Shown: piece after piece, positions 45,688-55,096 of the stretch
Layout of the letters: the number at the start of each line of letters is the position of its first letter
How positions within the stretch are numbered: position 1 is the first letter of the stretch
Source: Syntrophorhabdaceae bacterium
GTDB lineage: Bacteria; Desulfobacterota; Syntrophorhabdia; Syntrophorhabdales; Syntrophorhabdaceae
DNA length: 64,000 nucleotides
Assembly (NCBI GenBank): GCA_963666485.2
Contig: CAXXUO010000002.1
Coordinates: 192,001-256,000, forward strand
Direction: 5' to 3'
Program-made: the position numbers and the translations under genes
Notes under the pieces: model-generated
The model's input: the letters and a program-made list of their open reading frames with translations, nothing else
What the model was told of the DNA's origin: nothing
The model's database searches: none

Positions 45688-46515
45688 ATGAAGAAAGAAA
45701 GTATCAGGTTTCTCATCATTGCTTTCATCGGGGTATTCTTCCTGTACTCGTGCGCTTCCATGCTGCCGAATCCCGATGAGATAAAAACGGAAGAAGACCG
45801 CATTCGGGCGAGAAATCAATGCATAGCTATGTATACAGCCGGTGGAGCCCTCGGCGGTGCCATTATCGGCGGACTGATCGGCGGCGATTGGAAGGGGGCC
45901 GGTATTGGTGCCGCGATCGGGGGCGGTATCGGTTTCGCATATGCCTGGGGTAAATGCCTTTCACTGTACTCCACCCTGAAAAGCACCCAGACGGCAGGTT
46001 ACCAGGAGACTGCGCAGAAGACCGGGTACAATCAGTCGCAGGGCGAAGTCGTCAAGATACAGAGGTTCAACATCACTCCGGTATCCGTCGCGCAAGGCGG
46101 CTCGGTTAAACTGAACGGCTCCTATTATGTCATGGCCCCTCCCGACCGGAAAGAGATCAAGGTGACGGAAACGCGGATCGTGAAGTATTTCGATCCTTCC
46201 AAGAAAGAGTTCGTCGATCTCGGACAGGTAGACCAGGAAGTGACCGCAGCACCGGGAACGCGGACTGCGGACGGCTCTTTCGACATTCCCAAGGATGTCC
46301 CGGAAGGCCGCTATAAAATCGCATTTGTCGTCAATGCAGAAGGCAAGTCGGACATGGTCGAGCGTGAGCTCACTGTCCGGAAAGGGACCGCGTATGTCCC
46401 CGGCTTTAACATGCAGGCCTTCGACCGGCCGGTTACGTACTCCGCCCAGCAGGTCATGATCGTTGAGGAGGTTTCCCTGCTCCACAGAACGGCAGGCGGG
46501 TCTGTCGTGAGGTAA
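45688..46515 (+). CDS. Glycine-zipper lipoprotein with C-terminal Ig-like domain
   Basis: Lipobox LYSC; GGALGGAIIGGLIGG..GAGIGAAIGGGIG; FDIPKDVPEGRYKI. Confidence 0.8.
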   Translation: MKKESIRFLIIAFIGVFFLYSCASMLPNPDEIKTEEDRIRARNQCIAMYTAGGALGGAIIGGLIGGDWKGAGIGAAIGGGIGFAYAWGKCLSLYSTLKSTQTAGYQETAQKTGYNQSQGEVVKIQRFNITPVSVAQGGSVKLNGSYYVMAPPDRKEIKVTETRIVKYFDPSKKEFVDLGQVDQEVTAAPGTRTADGSFDIPKDVPEGRYKIAFVVNAEGKSDMVERELTVRKGTAYVPGFNMQAFDRPVTYSAQQVMIVEEVSLLHRTAGGSVVR

Positions 46516-46520
46516 GAGAT

Positions 46521-47765
46521 ATGAAGCTTCTGAAGATCCTTTTTTGTGCTGCACTTTGCCTGGCCTTCCTTGCTGCCCCGGGCGGCAGGGTGTGTGCCCA
46601 GACATCGCCGGTTACAGACGGACATTTAAATGCCATCAACAACAGTTTCAAGCAGAACAGGGTAACGAACGGTTTCGCTGAACTCGACTCGTATGGCCGG
46701 GTCCAGCTTAAAGGCGGATACGAGGACGACAGGCAGGTTGACCTGGCCTTCTCGCTTGCCCAGCAGATCGTCGGTGTAAAATGGGTCTCCCCCGTCACCC
46801 CGGACAATATCAAGGTCAAGGAATGGGAGAAAAGGATCGGCGGTCTTTTCAGCCGGGCCCGCGTTATCAAGGAGGTTGGACCTGACTCGTCCGTGCCGGG
46901 TTCGGTGCGCAACCGGTACGCCCTGGTCGTCGGTGTCGGCCAGTTCAAGTACGGTATCCAGTCCCTGCAGTACACGGTGCGGGATGCCTCCAGTTTTTAC
47001 AGCTTTCTCGTGAATCCGCAGGGAGCGGGGTTTCCCCGCAACAACGTGTATTACCTGACCGACCAGACGGCAACCCGGGACAATATCGTGAAATACCTCA
47101 ATACCATCAAGTCCCAGGCGGGGCCGGACGACCTCGTGGTCATTTACATGTCGAGCCACGGGACGCCCCCCGATAAGTTTGGCGGTGTTCACATCGTTAC
47201 GTACGACACCGAGGTGAAACCGCGTGAGAAGGTCTGGCACACGGCTATCACGGAACAGATGCTCAAGGACTTTGTTGAGAATTTAAGGTCAAAGCGTCTT
47301 GTGATGATCCTCGATACGTGCTACAGCAACGGCGCCTACCGCTCCATACCCGGTTTTCTGCCGCCGGGCGGCAAATCCCTTGGCGCAGACGAAGATGAGG
47401 GATACGGCATATCCCGTGACTACGGAAAACGGCTTCTCGGGTCCAAGGACATCGTCCTCGATGACGAGCCGAAGAAAAAAAGCTCGGGCAAGAGCATAGA
47501 CAGCCAGGACGGGTACGGCAAGGTCCTCCTGTCTGCCAGTAGCGCCGGAGAAAAATCCTGGGAATCCGACAGTCTCAAGAACAGCGTCTTCACGTACTAT
47601 TTCGTCGACGGTTTAAAGCGGTATAACGGTTCCGTAAAAGATGCATTTACATATTCCAAGCCGCTTGTTTCCCAGAGGGTAAAACAGGAAAAGGGCGCCG
47701 ATATTTCGCAGACCCCGCAGGCGATGGCGACGAGCGACAACTGGAACATGCGCATTACGAAATAA
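46521..47765 (+). CDS. Exported caspase-family (peptidase C14) protease with N-terminal BON-like domain
   Basis: Signal peptide; GRVQLKG...QIVGVKWV (BON-like); RYALVVGV; catalytic SSHG and DTCYS; SVFTYYFVDGL and QTPQ. Confidence 0.9.
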   Translation: MKLLKILFCAALCLAFLAAPGGRVCAQTSPVTDGHLNAINNSFKQNRVTNGFAELDSYGRVQLKGGYEDDRQVDLAFSLAQQIVGVKWVSPVTPDNIKVKEWEKRIGGLFSRARVIKEVGPDSSVPGSVRNRYALVVGVGQFKYGIQSLQYTVRDASSFYSFLVNPQGAGFPRNNVYYLTDQTATRDNIVKYLNTIKSQAGPDDLVVIYMSSHGTPPDKFGGVHIVTYDTEVKPREKVWHTAITEQMLKDFVENLRSKRLVMILDTCYSNGAYRSIPGFLPPGGKSLGADEDEGYGISRDYGKRLLGSKDIVLDDEPKKKSSGKSIDSQDGYGKVLLSASSAGEKSWESDSLKNSVFTYYFVDGLKRYNGSVKDAFTYSKPLVSQRVKQEKGADISQTPQAMATSDNWNMRITK

Positions 47766-47800
47766 ATATGAACTTTTAAATAAAGAGGAGGGAACTATAG

Positions 47801-48451
47801 ATGAGGAAAATGGTATTCGTTGTGACGATAGCATTTCTGGTGTCTATCGGGTTGATGGGAACGGGCTGCGACAAGATGCCGTGGAACAAGCCGAAAGCGG
47901 AGCCTCCGCAGCAGGCAGCACCGCCGCCGCCTCCGCCGCCGCCTGCGCAGGAAGAGAAGAAAGCCGAGCCTGCGGCCGCTCCTGACAAGAAAGCAGCATC
48001 AGGCGAACCGAGTGAAGCCGCCAAGGCGAACCTGAAACAGGCAATGCAGTACATCAATACAGCGAAGAGTACCAAAACCAATCGCAAAGAGAACATAGAG
48101 AATGCAATAGCCGAATATACGAACGCGATCAATAAAGACCCGAATTATGCCGAGGCCTATGCAGGACGGGCCGGTGCATATATGCTGCAGGACAAGAACA
48201 ATAAAGCCCTCGATGACCTCAAGAAGGCAAAAGAGTTGAAACCTGACAGCGCGAGCATCCGTTACAACCTGGCATGCGTCCATTCATTGATGGGAAATAC
48301 CGACTATGGCCTCGATGAACTCGACGCAGCGCTTTCCAAGGGTTTCAATGACTACGACTCCCTGAGGAAGGACCCGGACATCAACAATCTCCGGAAAAAA
48401 GCGGAATTTCAGAAGATACTGGAAAAACACAAGGTGTTTATCACGAAGTAA
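47801..48451 (+). CDS. TPR-repeat lipoprotein with Pro8 linker
   Basis: Lipobox-like GTGC; TPRs; terminal YNLACVHS..DPDINNLR (TPR end-type). Confidence 0.85.
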   Translation: MRKMVFVVTIAFLVSIGLMGTGCDKMPWNKPKAEPPQQAAPPPPPPPPAQEEKKAEPAAAPDKKAASGEPSEAAKANLKQAMQYINTAKSTKTNRKENIENAIAEYTNAINKDPNYAEAYAGRAGAYMLQDKNNKALDDLKKAKELKPDSASIRYNLACVHSLMGNTDYGLDELDAALSKGFNDYDSLRKDPDINNLRKKAEFQKILEKHKVFITK

Positions 48452-48472
48452 AATAGGATAGTAAAACGCTCT

Positions 48473-48515
48473 AAAAACCCTGCAGATACTATGTATTTGC
48501 AGGGTTTTCTTTTTT
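48473..48515 (+). terminator. Intrinsic terminator closing the rightward caspase operon
   Basis: AAAACCCTGCAGATAC-tat-GTATTTGCAGGGTTTT stem followed by a T run. Confidence 0.8.
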
Positions 48516-48786
48516 GCCTTCCTTGATTCATCGGACCTTCCTTGCCGGTCAACTGATTTTCACAAATCAGCTCTTTTTTTCACAAGGAGAGTGTCGGGTC
48601 TCGTCTACACGCCTTGCATTGATACAATGGTATTATGTTGTCATATTTGATGCATCCATTCTTGGTATCCCATCAATAGCTGATCCGGCCAGCATTTCAC
48701 TTTTTTTCTTTCTTCTGTGCACTATCATCTTTGTTGCAATCGCCCGGGCAGTATGTTAAAAAATTAACAAGCGAGGTTATAAAAAA

Positions 48787-49239
48787 ATGAGCAATTTTCT
48801 CGACAAGTTGTCCGTCAGGCAGATGACGAAAGATGACCTTGATGCAATTACAGAGATCGATACCCGGGTCCTCGGGGATCCGAGGCGCGAATACTGGGTG
48901 ACCAAGATCATAAAACAGGCCGAGAACAGGCCCCCCGATGCCTCGCTTGTCGCCGAAATAGACGGGAAGGTCGCCGGGTTCATACTCGGCGAAGTAAGCG
49001 GCTGGGAATTCAAGATACCCAACAACATCGGCTGGATCGATACCATAGGCATTGATCCCGATTATCAGAACAGGGGCATTGCCAAGGTCCTCGCAGTAGG
49101 CCTCATTGAAAACCTTCAGAAATACAGCGTCAACACGATATACACCCTCGTCAACTGGAACGACTGGGACCTTCTCCAGTTCTTCCACGCCATGGGATTC
49201 TCGCGGGGGGATATGATCAATCTCGTGCTGAAAGTCTAA
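48787..49239 (+). CDS. GNAT-family N-acetyltransferase
   Basis: IDTIGIDPDYQNRGIAKVL acetyl-CoA-binding motif; FFHAMGF. Confidence 0.88.
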   Translation: MSNFLDKLSVRQMTKDDLDAITEIDTRVLGDPRREYWVTKIIKQAENRPPDASLVAEIDGKVAGFILGEVSGWEFKIPNNIGWIDTIGIDPDYQNRGIAKVLAVGLIENLQKYSVNTIYTLVNWNDWDLLQFFHAMGFSRGDMINLVLKV

Positions 49240-49381
49240 AAGACGGTTCCACGTTCCACGTTAAAAGAATCAAACCATCCCTTTTTCAAGAATTCCAAGA
49301 TTATCGTAATGTAATACAGGGAAGAATTAGCGGGTTTTTTAGCGTGGAACGTGGAACCTGGAACGTGGAACCGTCTTTTTT
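49240..49381. repeat. Inverted (GTTCCAC)n / (GTGGAAC)n heptamer arrays between convergent genes
   Basis: agacggttccacgttccacg ... cgtggaacgtggaacctggaacgtggaaccgtct. Confidence 0.8.
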
Positions 49382-49382
49382 T

Positions 49383-51224
49383 CTACGACTTTCTATCGTC
49401 CACTACAATTTTGAGTTTTGCGTTTTTATTTATCTTATTCCCTTTTAACTTATTCGCCGCTTTAAGATCGTCTATGTCGACACCGTATTTATCGGATATG
49501 GAGCTGAGGGTCTCACCTTTTTTCACCGTGTGATATTTAACTTTTTTGGACCGGGCGGACTCGGTCTTTTTCGTTTCCGCCTTCGGCTCGACGTGACTTA
49601 CGAGCCGGAGCTTCATGTTGGGGTAGACCTTGCCGCCCTTGAGCTTATTTGTCGAGCGCAGGCTGTCCTCGTCTATTCCGTAACGGTCACTGATATCGGA
49701 GAGGGTCTCACCGCGTTTGACGACGTGATATGTCTTGAACACACGGGTCGCTGACCGGCCTTTGGCAGGGGGAGTCTCAGACGGTTTTTCAACTATTTTT
49801 GGTGATGCGGATGATCTCACGGTTGCTACGAGGACCGGTTTGTCGCCGGCATTTTTCTTGACCGTTCTCAGTTCGCTCACGGTAGGTGTATCGTCGCTGT
49901 CAACAGGGGCGATCTTTTCATCTGTATCGGCCCGGGCAACGGACTCACGGACCCTCTCTCCCGAGAACCTGGGTATGGCAAGGACCATGCCGGGCTTTAT
50001 CTTGAGGTCGTTATCGCTTGAATTCAGAAGAAGGAGGTCTCTCTGGTCGATCTTGTGCTTCTTCAGGATACTCGCGACACTGTCCCTTTTTTTGACCTTG
50101 TATGTCGTAATGCTTTTCAGGACCGGAATACTCTCAAGTTCGGGCCCAAGACGTTCGTAAAAGGCCTGGGCGGTTACGTCGGAAGGAAGTTTGACAACGT
50201 AATCTTTCCCCGGCGGGGTTATGCCTCTCAAGATCTCCGGGTTGAAGGTCCGAATGAGGTCGATATCCACGAGCGACGCCTTTGCGATCGTTGTGATCGG
50301 GGTGGCGGGAGGCACCTTTGCCTCTGTGAACCTGATCGGCGGGTCGTAGGTTATATTGCCGAAACCGAATTTTGCCGGGTCCTTTGCGATAATGGCGGCT
50401 GCGATCAACTGCGGGACATATTCGCGGGTCTCCCGGGGAAGCGTGTTGTACCTGTGAAGTTCCCAGAAATCCATCGTGTTGTGTTTTTGCGTCAACCTGC
50501 CTATCCTGCCCTCGCCGGCATTATAGCTCGCAGCGGCCAGGTACCAGCACCCGAATTGGTCGAACAGGGCTTTGAGGTATTTTGCAGCGGCTACCGTGGA
50601 CTTTTCGGGGTCCCGGCGCTCATCGACCCAGTAGTTGACCTCCAGGCCGAATCGCCCTCCCGTCGAATAGATGAATTGCCAGGGGCCGGACGCCCGGGCG
50701 GTGGAATATGCCTTCGGGTTGAACCCGCTCTCTATCATGGCCAGGTACACAAGGTCCTCGGGCATGTCGTTTTCGCGAAGTATTTCCCGTATAATTGGCA
50801 CGTAGAGTTTTGATCTCCTCAGCCAGTTGGCGAAGACCTTCTTCTTGTCCTCGGAGAACCATCTTATGTAATATTTGACAGCATCGTTGAAAACGATGGG
50901 GATATCGAAATTCTGGCTGTAATTGGTGCTCAGCAATTTTGTGATATCATCCTCGTCGTTGACCTTCATTTCCAGGCAATACCGGCCCGGCTTGGTCTTT
51001 TCCTGTTCCTCGCCGGTCTTCAATTCGCCCGGTTTGGTCTTTGAGGGCTTCACAGCGGTCTTTTTTGGTTTCGTAACGGCAGGCGCATCAGCCGGGCGGG
51101 AGGGCGGGGTATACGCATCGGCCACCGGTAGAGGTGTATCGGCGTTCTGGCTGGAGATATTATTGCCGGTTGCACATCCGGCGACAATAAGAACGAGTGT
51201 AGCCAAGAACCAGTATCGCTTCAT
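49383..51224 (-). CDS. mltD: Membrane-bound lytic murein transglycosylase D-like lipoprotein (SLT + LysM repeats)
   Basis: Lipobox VAGC; LAMIESGFNP, ASGPWQF, AASYNAGEG and ETREYVP; three LysM domains. Confidence 0.9.
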   Translation of the reverse strand: MKRYWFLATLVLIVAGCATGNNISSQNADTPLPVADAYTPPSRPADAPAVTKPKKTAVKPSKTKPGELKTGEEQEKTKPGRYCLEMKVNDEDDITKLLSTNYSQNFDIPIVFNDAVKYYIRWFSEDKKKVFANWLRRSKLYVPIIREILRENDMPEDLVYLAMIESGFNPKAYSTARASGPWQFIYSTGGRFGLEVNYWVDERRDPEKSTVAAAKYLKALFDQFGCWYLAAASYNAGEGRIGRLTQKHNTMDFWELHRYNTLPRETREYVPQLIAAAIIAKDPAKFGFGNITYDPPIRFTEAKVPPATPITTIAKASLVDIDLIRTFNPEILRGITPPGKDYVVKLPSDVTAQAFYERLGPELESIPVLKSITTYKVKKRDSVASILKKHKIDQRDLLLLNSSDNDLKIKPGMVLAIPRFSGERVRESVARADTDEKIAPVDSDDTPTVSELRTVKKNAGDKPVLVATVRSSASPKIVEKPSETPPAKGRSATRVFKTYHVVKRGETLSDISDRYGIDEDSLRSTNKLKGGKVYPNMKLRLVSHVEPKAETKKTESARSKKVKYHTVKKGETLSSISDKYGVDIDDLKAANKLKGNKINKNAKLKIVVDDRKS

Positions 51225-51319
51225 ATTCCCCTTGTACGTTATAGTGTTTGGTGCAACTCTATCGTGATGATATGAGTTGTTCGCCTGTTATGTCAATAAA
51301 AAAATCGTTATTTATGAAC

Positions 51320-52243
51320 CTAATTCAACAGGTTGCCGCGTAAGTCACGGTATCCCCTGGAGAAATCATATGCTTTCATCCGTTTCTTGTTTTCGAGCTG
51401 CAGCTCCGAGACGGTAAGGATGCCGTGCCCGGTCGCCACATCAAACCCTTCTCTCGACACCGCCAGTATGGTCCCGGGGGCCTCGCCAGGATCTCCGGCC
51501 TCATCGACCCGGGAATGATATATCTTCAACCTTTTCCCGTTGAGATGGGTATAGGCCGTAGGCCATTCGACAAAAGCGCGTATCCGGCAGGAGATCTCCC
51601 GGGCGCCTGCGCTCCAGTCTATTTTTCCCATTTCCTTGGTGATGATCTTCGAGTAGGTGGCGCGGGAATGGTCTTGCGCCTCGGCCTTGATGACGGGCTC
51701 ATGCCCGATGTGATCGATGATCTCCGACAGGATATCCGCCGACCGTACCGCAAGCCGCTGCGAAAGGCTCGTATAGTCGTCATCGTCCTTGATCGCGGTA
51801 CGCTCCTGGAAGATGATATTTCCTTCATCCATCTTTTCATTCATGACGATAAAGGTGATGCCTGTCTCCCTGTCGCAGTTGAGAAGCGCCCACTGCATGG
51901 GCGACGGCCCGCGATAGAGCGGCAAAAGCGACGGGTGAATATTGACAGGAGCGATCGACGGGATGTCGAGGGCCCATTTCGGGACGATCAGGCCAAAAGA
52001 TATCACGATAAAAAGGTCCGGCCGGTAATCAGCTATGGTCTTTGCAGCCTCGTCCCGGAAGGAATCGATCTCAATGAGCGGGAGACCGAGCTCGAGGGCC
52101 GCCCTTTTTACCTCGTTGTCGTCGGTCTGGTAGCCCCTGCCCTTCGGCCGCGCCTTTTTCGTGACAACCGCGGCAACCTGGCCGCTCACCTTTTTTAGCG
52201 AGGGAACGGAAAACACCGAGGACCCGAAAAACACGATCCTCAT
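51320..52243 (-). CDS. fmt: Methionyl-tRNA formyltransferase
   Basis: MRIVFFGS; NIHPSLLPLYRGPSP; MDEGNII; adjacent to def. Confidence 0.95.
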   Translation of the reverse strand: MRIVFFGSSVFSVPSLKKVSGQVAAVVTKKARPKGRGYQTDDNEVKRAALELGLPLIEIDSFRDEAAKTIADYRPDLFIVISFGLIVPKWALDIPSIAPVNIHPSLLPLYRGPSPMQWALLNCDRETGITFIVMNEKMDEGNIIFQERTAIKDDDDYTSLSQRLAVRSADILSEIIDHIGHEPVIKAEAQDHSRATYSKIITKEMGKIDWSAGAREISCRIRAFVEWPTAYTHLNGKRLKIYHSRVDEAGDPGEAPGTILAVSREGFDVATGHGILTVSELQLENKKRMKAYDFSRGYRDLRGNLLN

Positions 52244-52740
52244 GTATTTTTCCTGGAGTATTTCTTTTTGAAAAGGGCTTTCTTGAGCGGGCTCAATATA
52301 TCGGTGAACAGCACGCCTTCCAGGTGGTCCGTCTCGTGCTGCAGCGCACGTGCAAGCTGGCCTTCGCAGTCAAATTCGATCGTCCTGCCGTCAATGTCCG
52401 TGGCGCGCGCCAGCACTCTTTTTGCCCGCTTCACGTACTCATAATATCCCGGGACGCTCAAGCACCCTTCTTCGGCATTCTCCTCGAGATCTTTCCCGAC
52501 GATCACCGGGTTGATAAGGATAAGGTGTTCTTTCTCCCGGGGGTTCAGTGAAGCATCGATAACGATAAGGCTTATCGGGAGACCGACCTGGTTCGCTGCA
52601 AGCCCCGCACCATGCGCAAGGATCATCGTCTCTATCATGTTCTTTGACAGCGTGACGATATCGTCGTTGATATTTTCGACAGGCTTCGCGATCTTCCGCA
52701 GAACCGGGTCCGGGATCACTCTTATATCTATGACTGACAT
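52240..52740 (-). CDS. def: Peptide deformylase
   Basis: GAGLAANQ, EGCLS and QHETDH motifs. Confidence 0.97.
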   Translation of the reverse strand: MSVIDIRVIPDPVLRKIAKPVENINDDIVTLSKNMIETMILAHGAGLAANQVGLPISLIVIDASLNPREKEHLILINPVIVGKDLEENAEEGCLSVPGYYEYVKRAKRVLARATDIDGRTIEFDCEGQLARALQHETDHLEGVLFTDILSPLKKALFKKKYSRKNT

Positions 52741-52778
52741 GGCAAAAGTATACAGGTTCAGGTTGAAGGTTGCAATAC

Positions 52779-52953
52779 TAACGGCGTACGGCTTACGGCG
52801 GACGGCGGACGGAAAAAAAATAAATACAGGTTGTAATCAAAGACGCTGGATTCCGGCAAGCCGGAATGACGACCAGAAAAGATGCCTTTAGCCTTTAGCC
52901 TTTAGCCGTACGCCGTAAGCCGTAAGCCGTAAGCCGTACGCCGTACGCCGTTT
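52779..52953. repeat. Inverted (ACGGCGT)-type / (GCCGTAA, GCCTTTA) heptamer arrays enclosing a single REP
   Basis: acggcgt-acggctt-acggcgg-acggcgg ... GGATTCCGGCAAGCCGGAATGACG ... (gccttta)3 gccgtac (gccgtaa)3 (gccgtac)2. Confidence 0.8.
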
Positions 52954-52955
52954 TT

Positions 52956-53327
52956 TCAACTCTCCGGGCTTCTGTAATACGGAAAATGCCTCACCATTTT
53001 TTCTTCTATATCATCGAGTATGGCGTCGGCGAATTCCTTCAGGCCCGGGGCGTCCTTCCAGTGCGGGGGGTCGTATTCGTCGATGTGCATGAGCATCAGG
53101 AAATTGACGATGCGCTGGGGCCTCCACGATGTCATGGCAGTCAGGGTCTCGGCCACATCGGTTTCCGCTTCGACAAGCCCGGTCTCGAGGGCGAGAAGCG
53201 CTGCCTGCGCGCAGTACAGGCTTTCGTCACGGGGACTCCTGCCCGATCCTTCCATCAGCTCGCGTGCCCTGACGTTCACAGGCATCGCGTTGAGGTCATG
53301 CATCACTTCGCCGTCTGTCTGTTTCAT
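52956..53327 (-). CDS. Hypothetical acidic protein
   Basis: Fills the def-folK gap with normal codon usage; TATAAT just upstream; no recognised motif. Confidence 0.6.
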   Translation of the reverse strand: MKQTDGEVMHDLNAMPVNVRARELMEGSGRSPRDESLYCAQAALLALETGLVEAETDVAETLTAMTSWRPQRIVNFLMLMHIDEYDPPHWKDAPGLKEFADAILDDIEEKMVRHFPYYRSPES

Positions 53328-53434
53328 GCTCGCTAGTATTATACCGACCAAAACGCGATAATCAACACTTTTGATCACGCAAAAGCATTGACTCGATTTT
53401 TTCGCCGGTGCTATTATTAAAAATCGGGTCATTC

Positions 53435-53938
53435 ATGGACAAAAAGATATTTATCGGCGTCGGCTCCAACATGGGGCAGAGTTATAAGAACTGTGTCAAT
53501 GCAATAAAAAAAATTTCGAGCGATCAGAGGGCGTCTCTTCGCTCGATATCGTCGTTCTACCAGACGTCCCCCGTCTCGGCCGTCAAGCAGGATGATTTCA
53601 TCAACTGCGCCGTCGAGATCGAGTGGAACGGTACGCCACCGGAGCTTCTACAATTCCTGCATGAGATAGAAGATTCGATGGGACGGACACGTGATGTAAA
53701 AGACGGGCCCCGCGTCATTGACCTCGACATTCTCCTGTACGGGAACAAGATCGTGAACGAGGACGCCCTGACGATCCCGCACAAAGAGCTTCACCGCAGG
53801 AAATTCGCAATAATGCCCTGCCTTGAGATCCAACCGGACCTCGTCCTCACAATGCCTCTCGCCAACTTCCTTCCCGGACTGGGGGAAGATCAAAAGATTG
53901 CGAAACTGGAAGGGATAGGGTTCGACGAGAAAGAATAA
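53435..53938 (+). CDS. folK: 2-amino-4-hydroxy-6-hydroxymethyldihydropteridine diphosphokinase
   Basis: IGVGSNMG, SSFYQTSP, GPRVIDLDILLY and LTIPH. Confidence 0.96.
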   Translation: MDKKIFIGVGSNMGQSYKNCVNAIKKISSDQRASLRSISSFYQTSPVSAVKQDDFINCAVEIEWNGTPPELLQFLHEIEDSMGRTRDVKDGPRVIDLDILLYGNKIVNEDALTIPHKELHRRKFAIMPCLEIQPDLVLTMPLANFLPGLGEDQKIAKLEGIGFDEKE

Positions 53939-54068
53939 AAGACGGTTCCACCGTTCCACGTTCCACGTTAAAAAAATCCCTATAGTAAAGATTTCGATCC
54001 GACGGCACTGGCTGTCCTGTATGATCGGGCGTCTTGCTTTTCCGTGGAACGTGGAACGTGGAACCGTT
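53939..54068. repeat. Inverted GTTCCAC/GTGGAAC heptamer arrays between convergent genes
   Basis: aagacggttccaccgttccacgttccacg ... cgtggaacgtggaacgtggaaccgt. Confidence 0.8.
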
Positions 54069-54070
54069 TG

Positions 54071-55075
54071 TTACGGTTTTATGATCACTTTTATCGACTC
54101 CCGTCCGTCCGATACCAGCTGAAAGCCTTTTACGATCTCATCGAGGGGGAGACGGTGGGTTATGAGGTCATCGACGATGATCTTTCCTGCGTTTATCAAC
54201 CCCATAGCTTCGATGATGTCGGGGGGACCGCAATAATATGATGTGAGTATCGCTATTTCCTTCGTCCAGAAATCATTGACGGGGACAACGACGTCCTCGT
54301 CCGGGCCGGGCACCGCGAACAAGACTACGACGCCGCCTTTGTCGACGCTTTGCCAGGCCTCGTCCACGGCCTGCCGCGCGGACGAGGCGAGAATGACGAC
54401 GTCCGCCTTGCGGCCGTTTTCGGATATAAGGCGGCCGTGTACGTCCTCGGCGCCGCTTATGATCTGCGCTCCCAGGCGGGCGGCGATCTCGAGCTTGGCA
54501 GGGTTTATATCGACGGCGAAAACGCGGCACCCTTCGGCGACGGCCAGTTTGACGTGGAGCAGCCCTGACATTCCGCACCCGAGGATCAGGACGGTTTTGT
54601 CTTTCGTCACCCCGGCAAGGCGCTGCGCCCTGACGGCGCAGGCAAGGGGTTCGATGAACGTGCTCTGCTCGTACGTGATGTTCCCGGGGAGAAGATAGGT
54701 TCCCTTCTCGACGAAGACGGCGGGGACCAGGATATACTCGGCGAATCCCCCGGGAAGGCGCTCGCCGATCGCAGTGCATTGCGGATAATGACCGTCGCGG
54801 CAATAATAGCATTCACCGCATGGTATCTTCGGCGGTATGAAGACCCTGTCGCCGGGTTTATACTTTGTTACCCCCTGCCCGACTGCGAAAACTTCCGCAC
54901 CGATCTCGTGGCCCTGGACCAGAGGTGCCCTGGGAAGCCGGTACCACTCAACGATATCACTTCCGCAGATGCCGCAGGCGTGGACCCTGACGAGCATTTC
55001 ACCCGGACCAGGTTGAGGGGTGGGGATCTCCTCGATGCGGATATCCTTGTTGTTATACCAGTATGATACCTTGAT
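54071..55075 (-). CDS. Zinc-dependent (MDR) alcohol/polyol dehydrogenase; apparent start codon is ATC
   Basis: CGICGSD, GHE, CGECYYC..C, EPLAC and GCGMSG. Family-like N-terminus IKVSYWYNNKDIRIEE extends upstream of the first ATG (54997). Confidence 0.85.
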   Translation of the reverse strand: MKVSYWYNNKDIRIEEIPTPQPGPGEMLVRVHACGICGSDIVEWYRLPRAPLVQGHEIGAEVFAVGQGVTKYKPGDRVFIPPKIPCGECYYCRDGHYPQCTAIGERLPGGFAEYILVPAVFVEKGTYLLPGNITYEQSTFIEPLACAVRAQRLAGVTKDKTVLILGCGMSGLLHVKLAVAEGCRVFAVDINPAKLEIAARLGAQIISGAEDVHGRLISENGRKADVVILASSARQAVDEAWQSVDKGGVVVLFAVPGPDEDVVVPVNDFWTKEIAILTSYYCGPPDIIEAMGLINAGKIIVDDLITHRLPLDEIVKGFQLVSDGRESIKVIIKP

Positions 55076-55096
55076 ATCGTGCCTCGCTCTTTCCGT

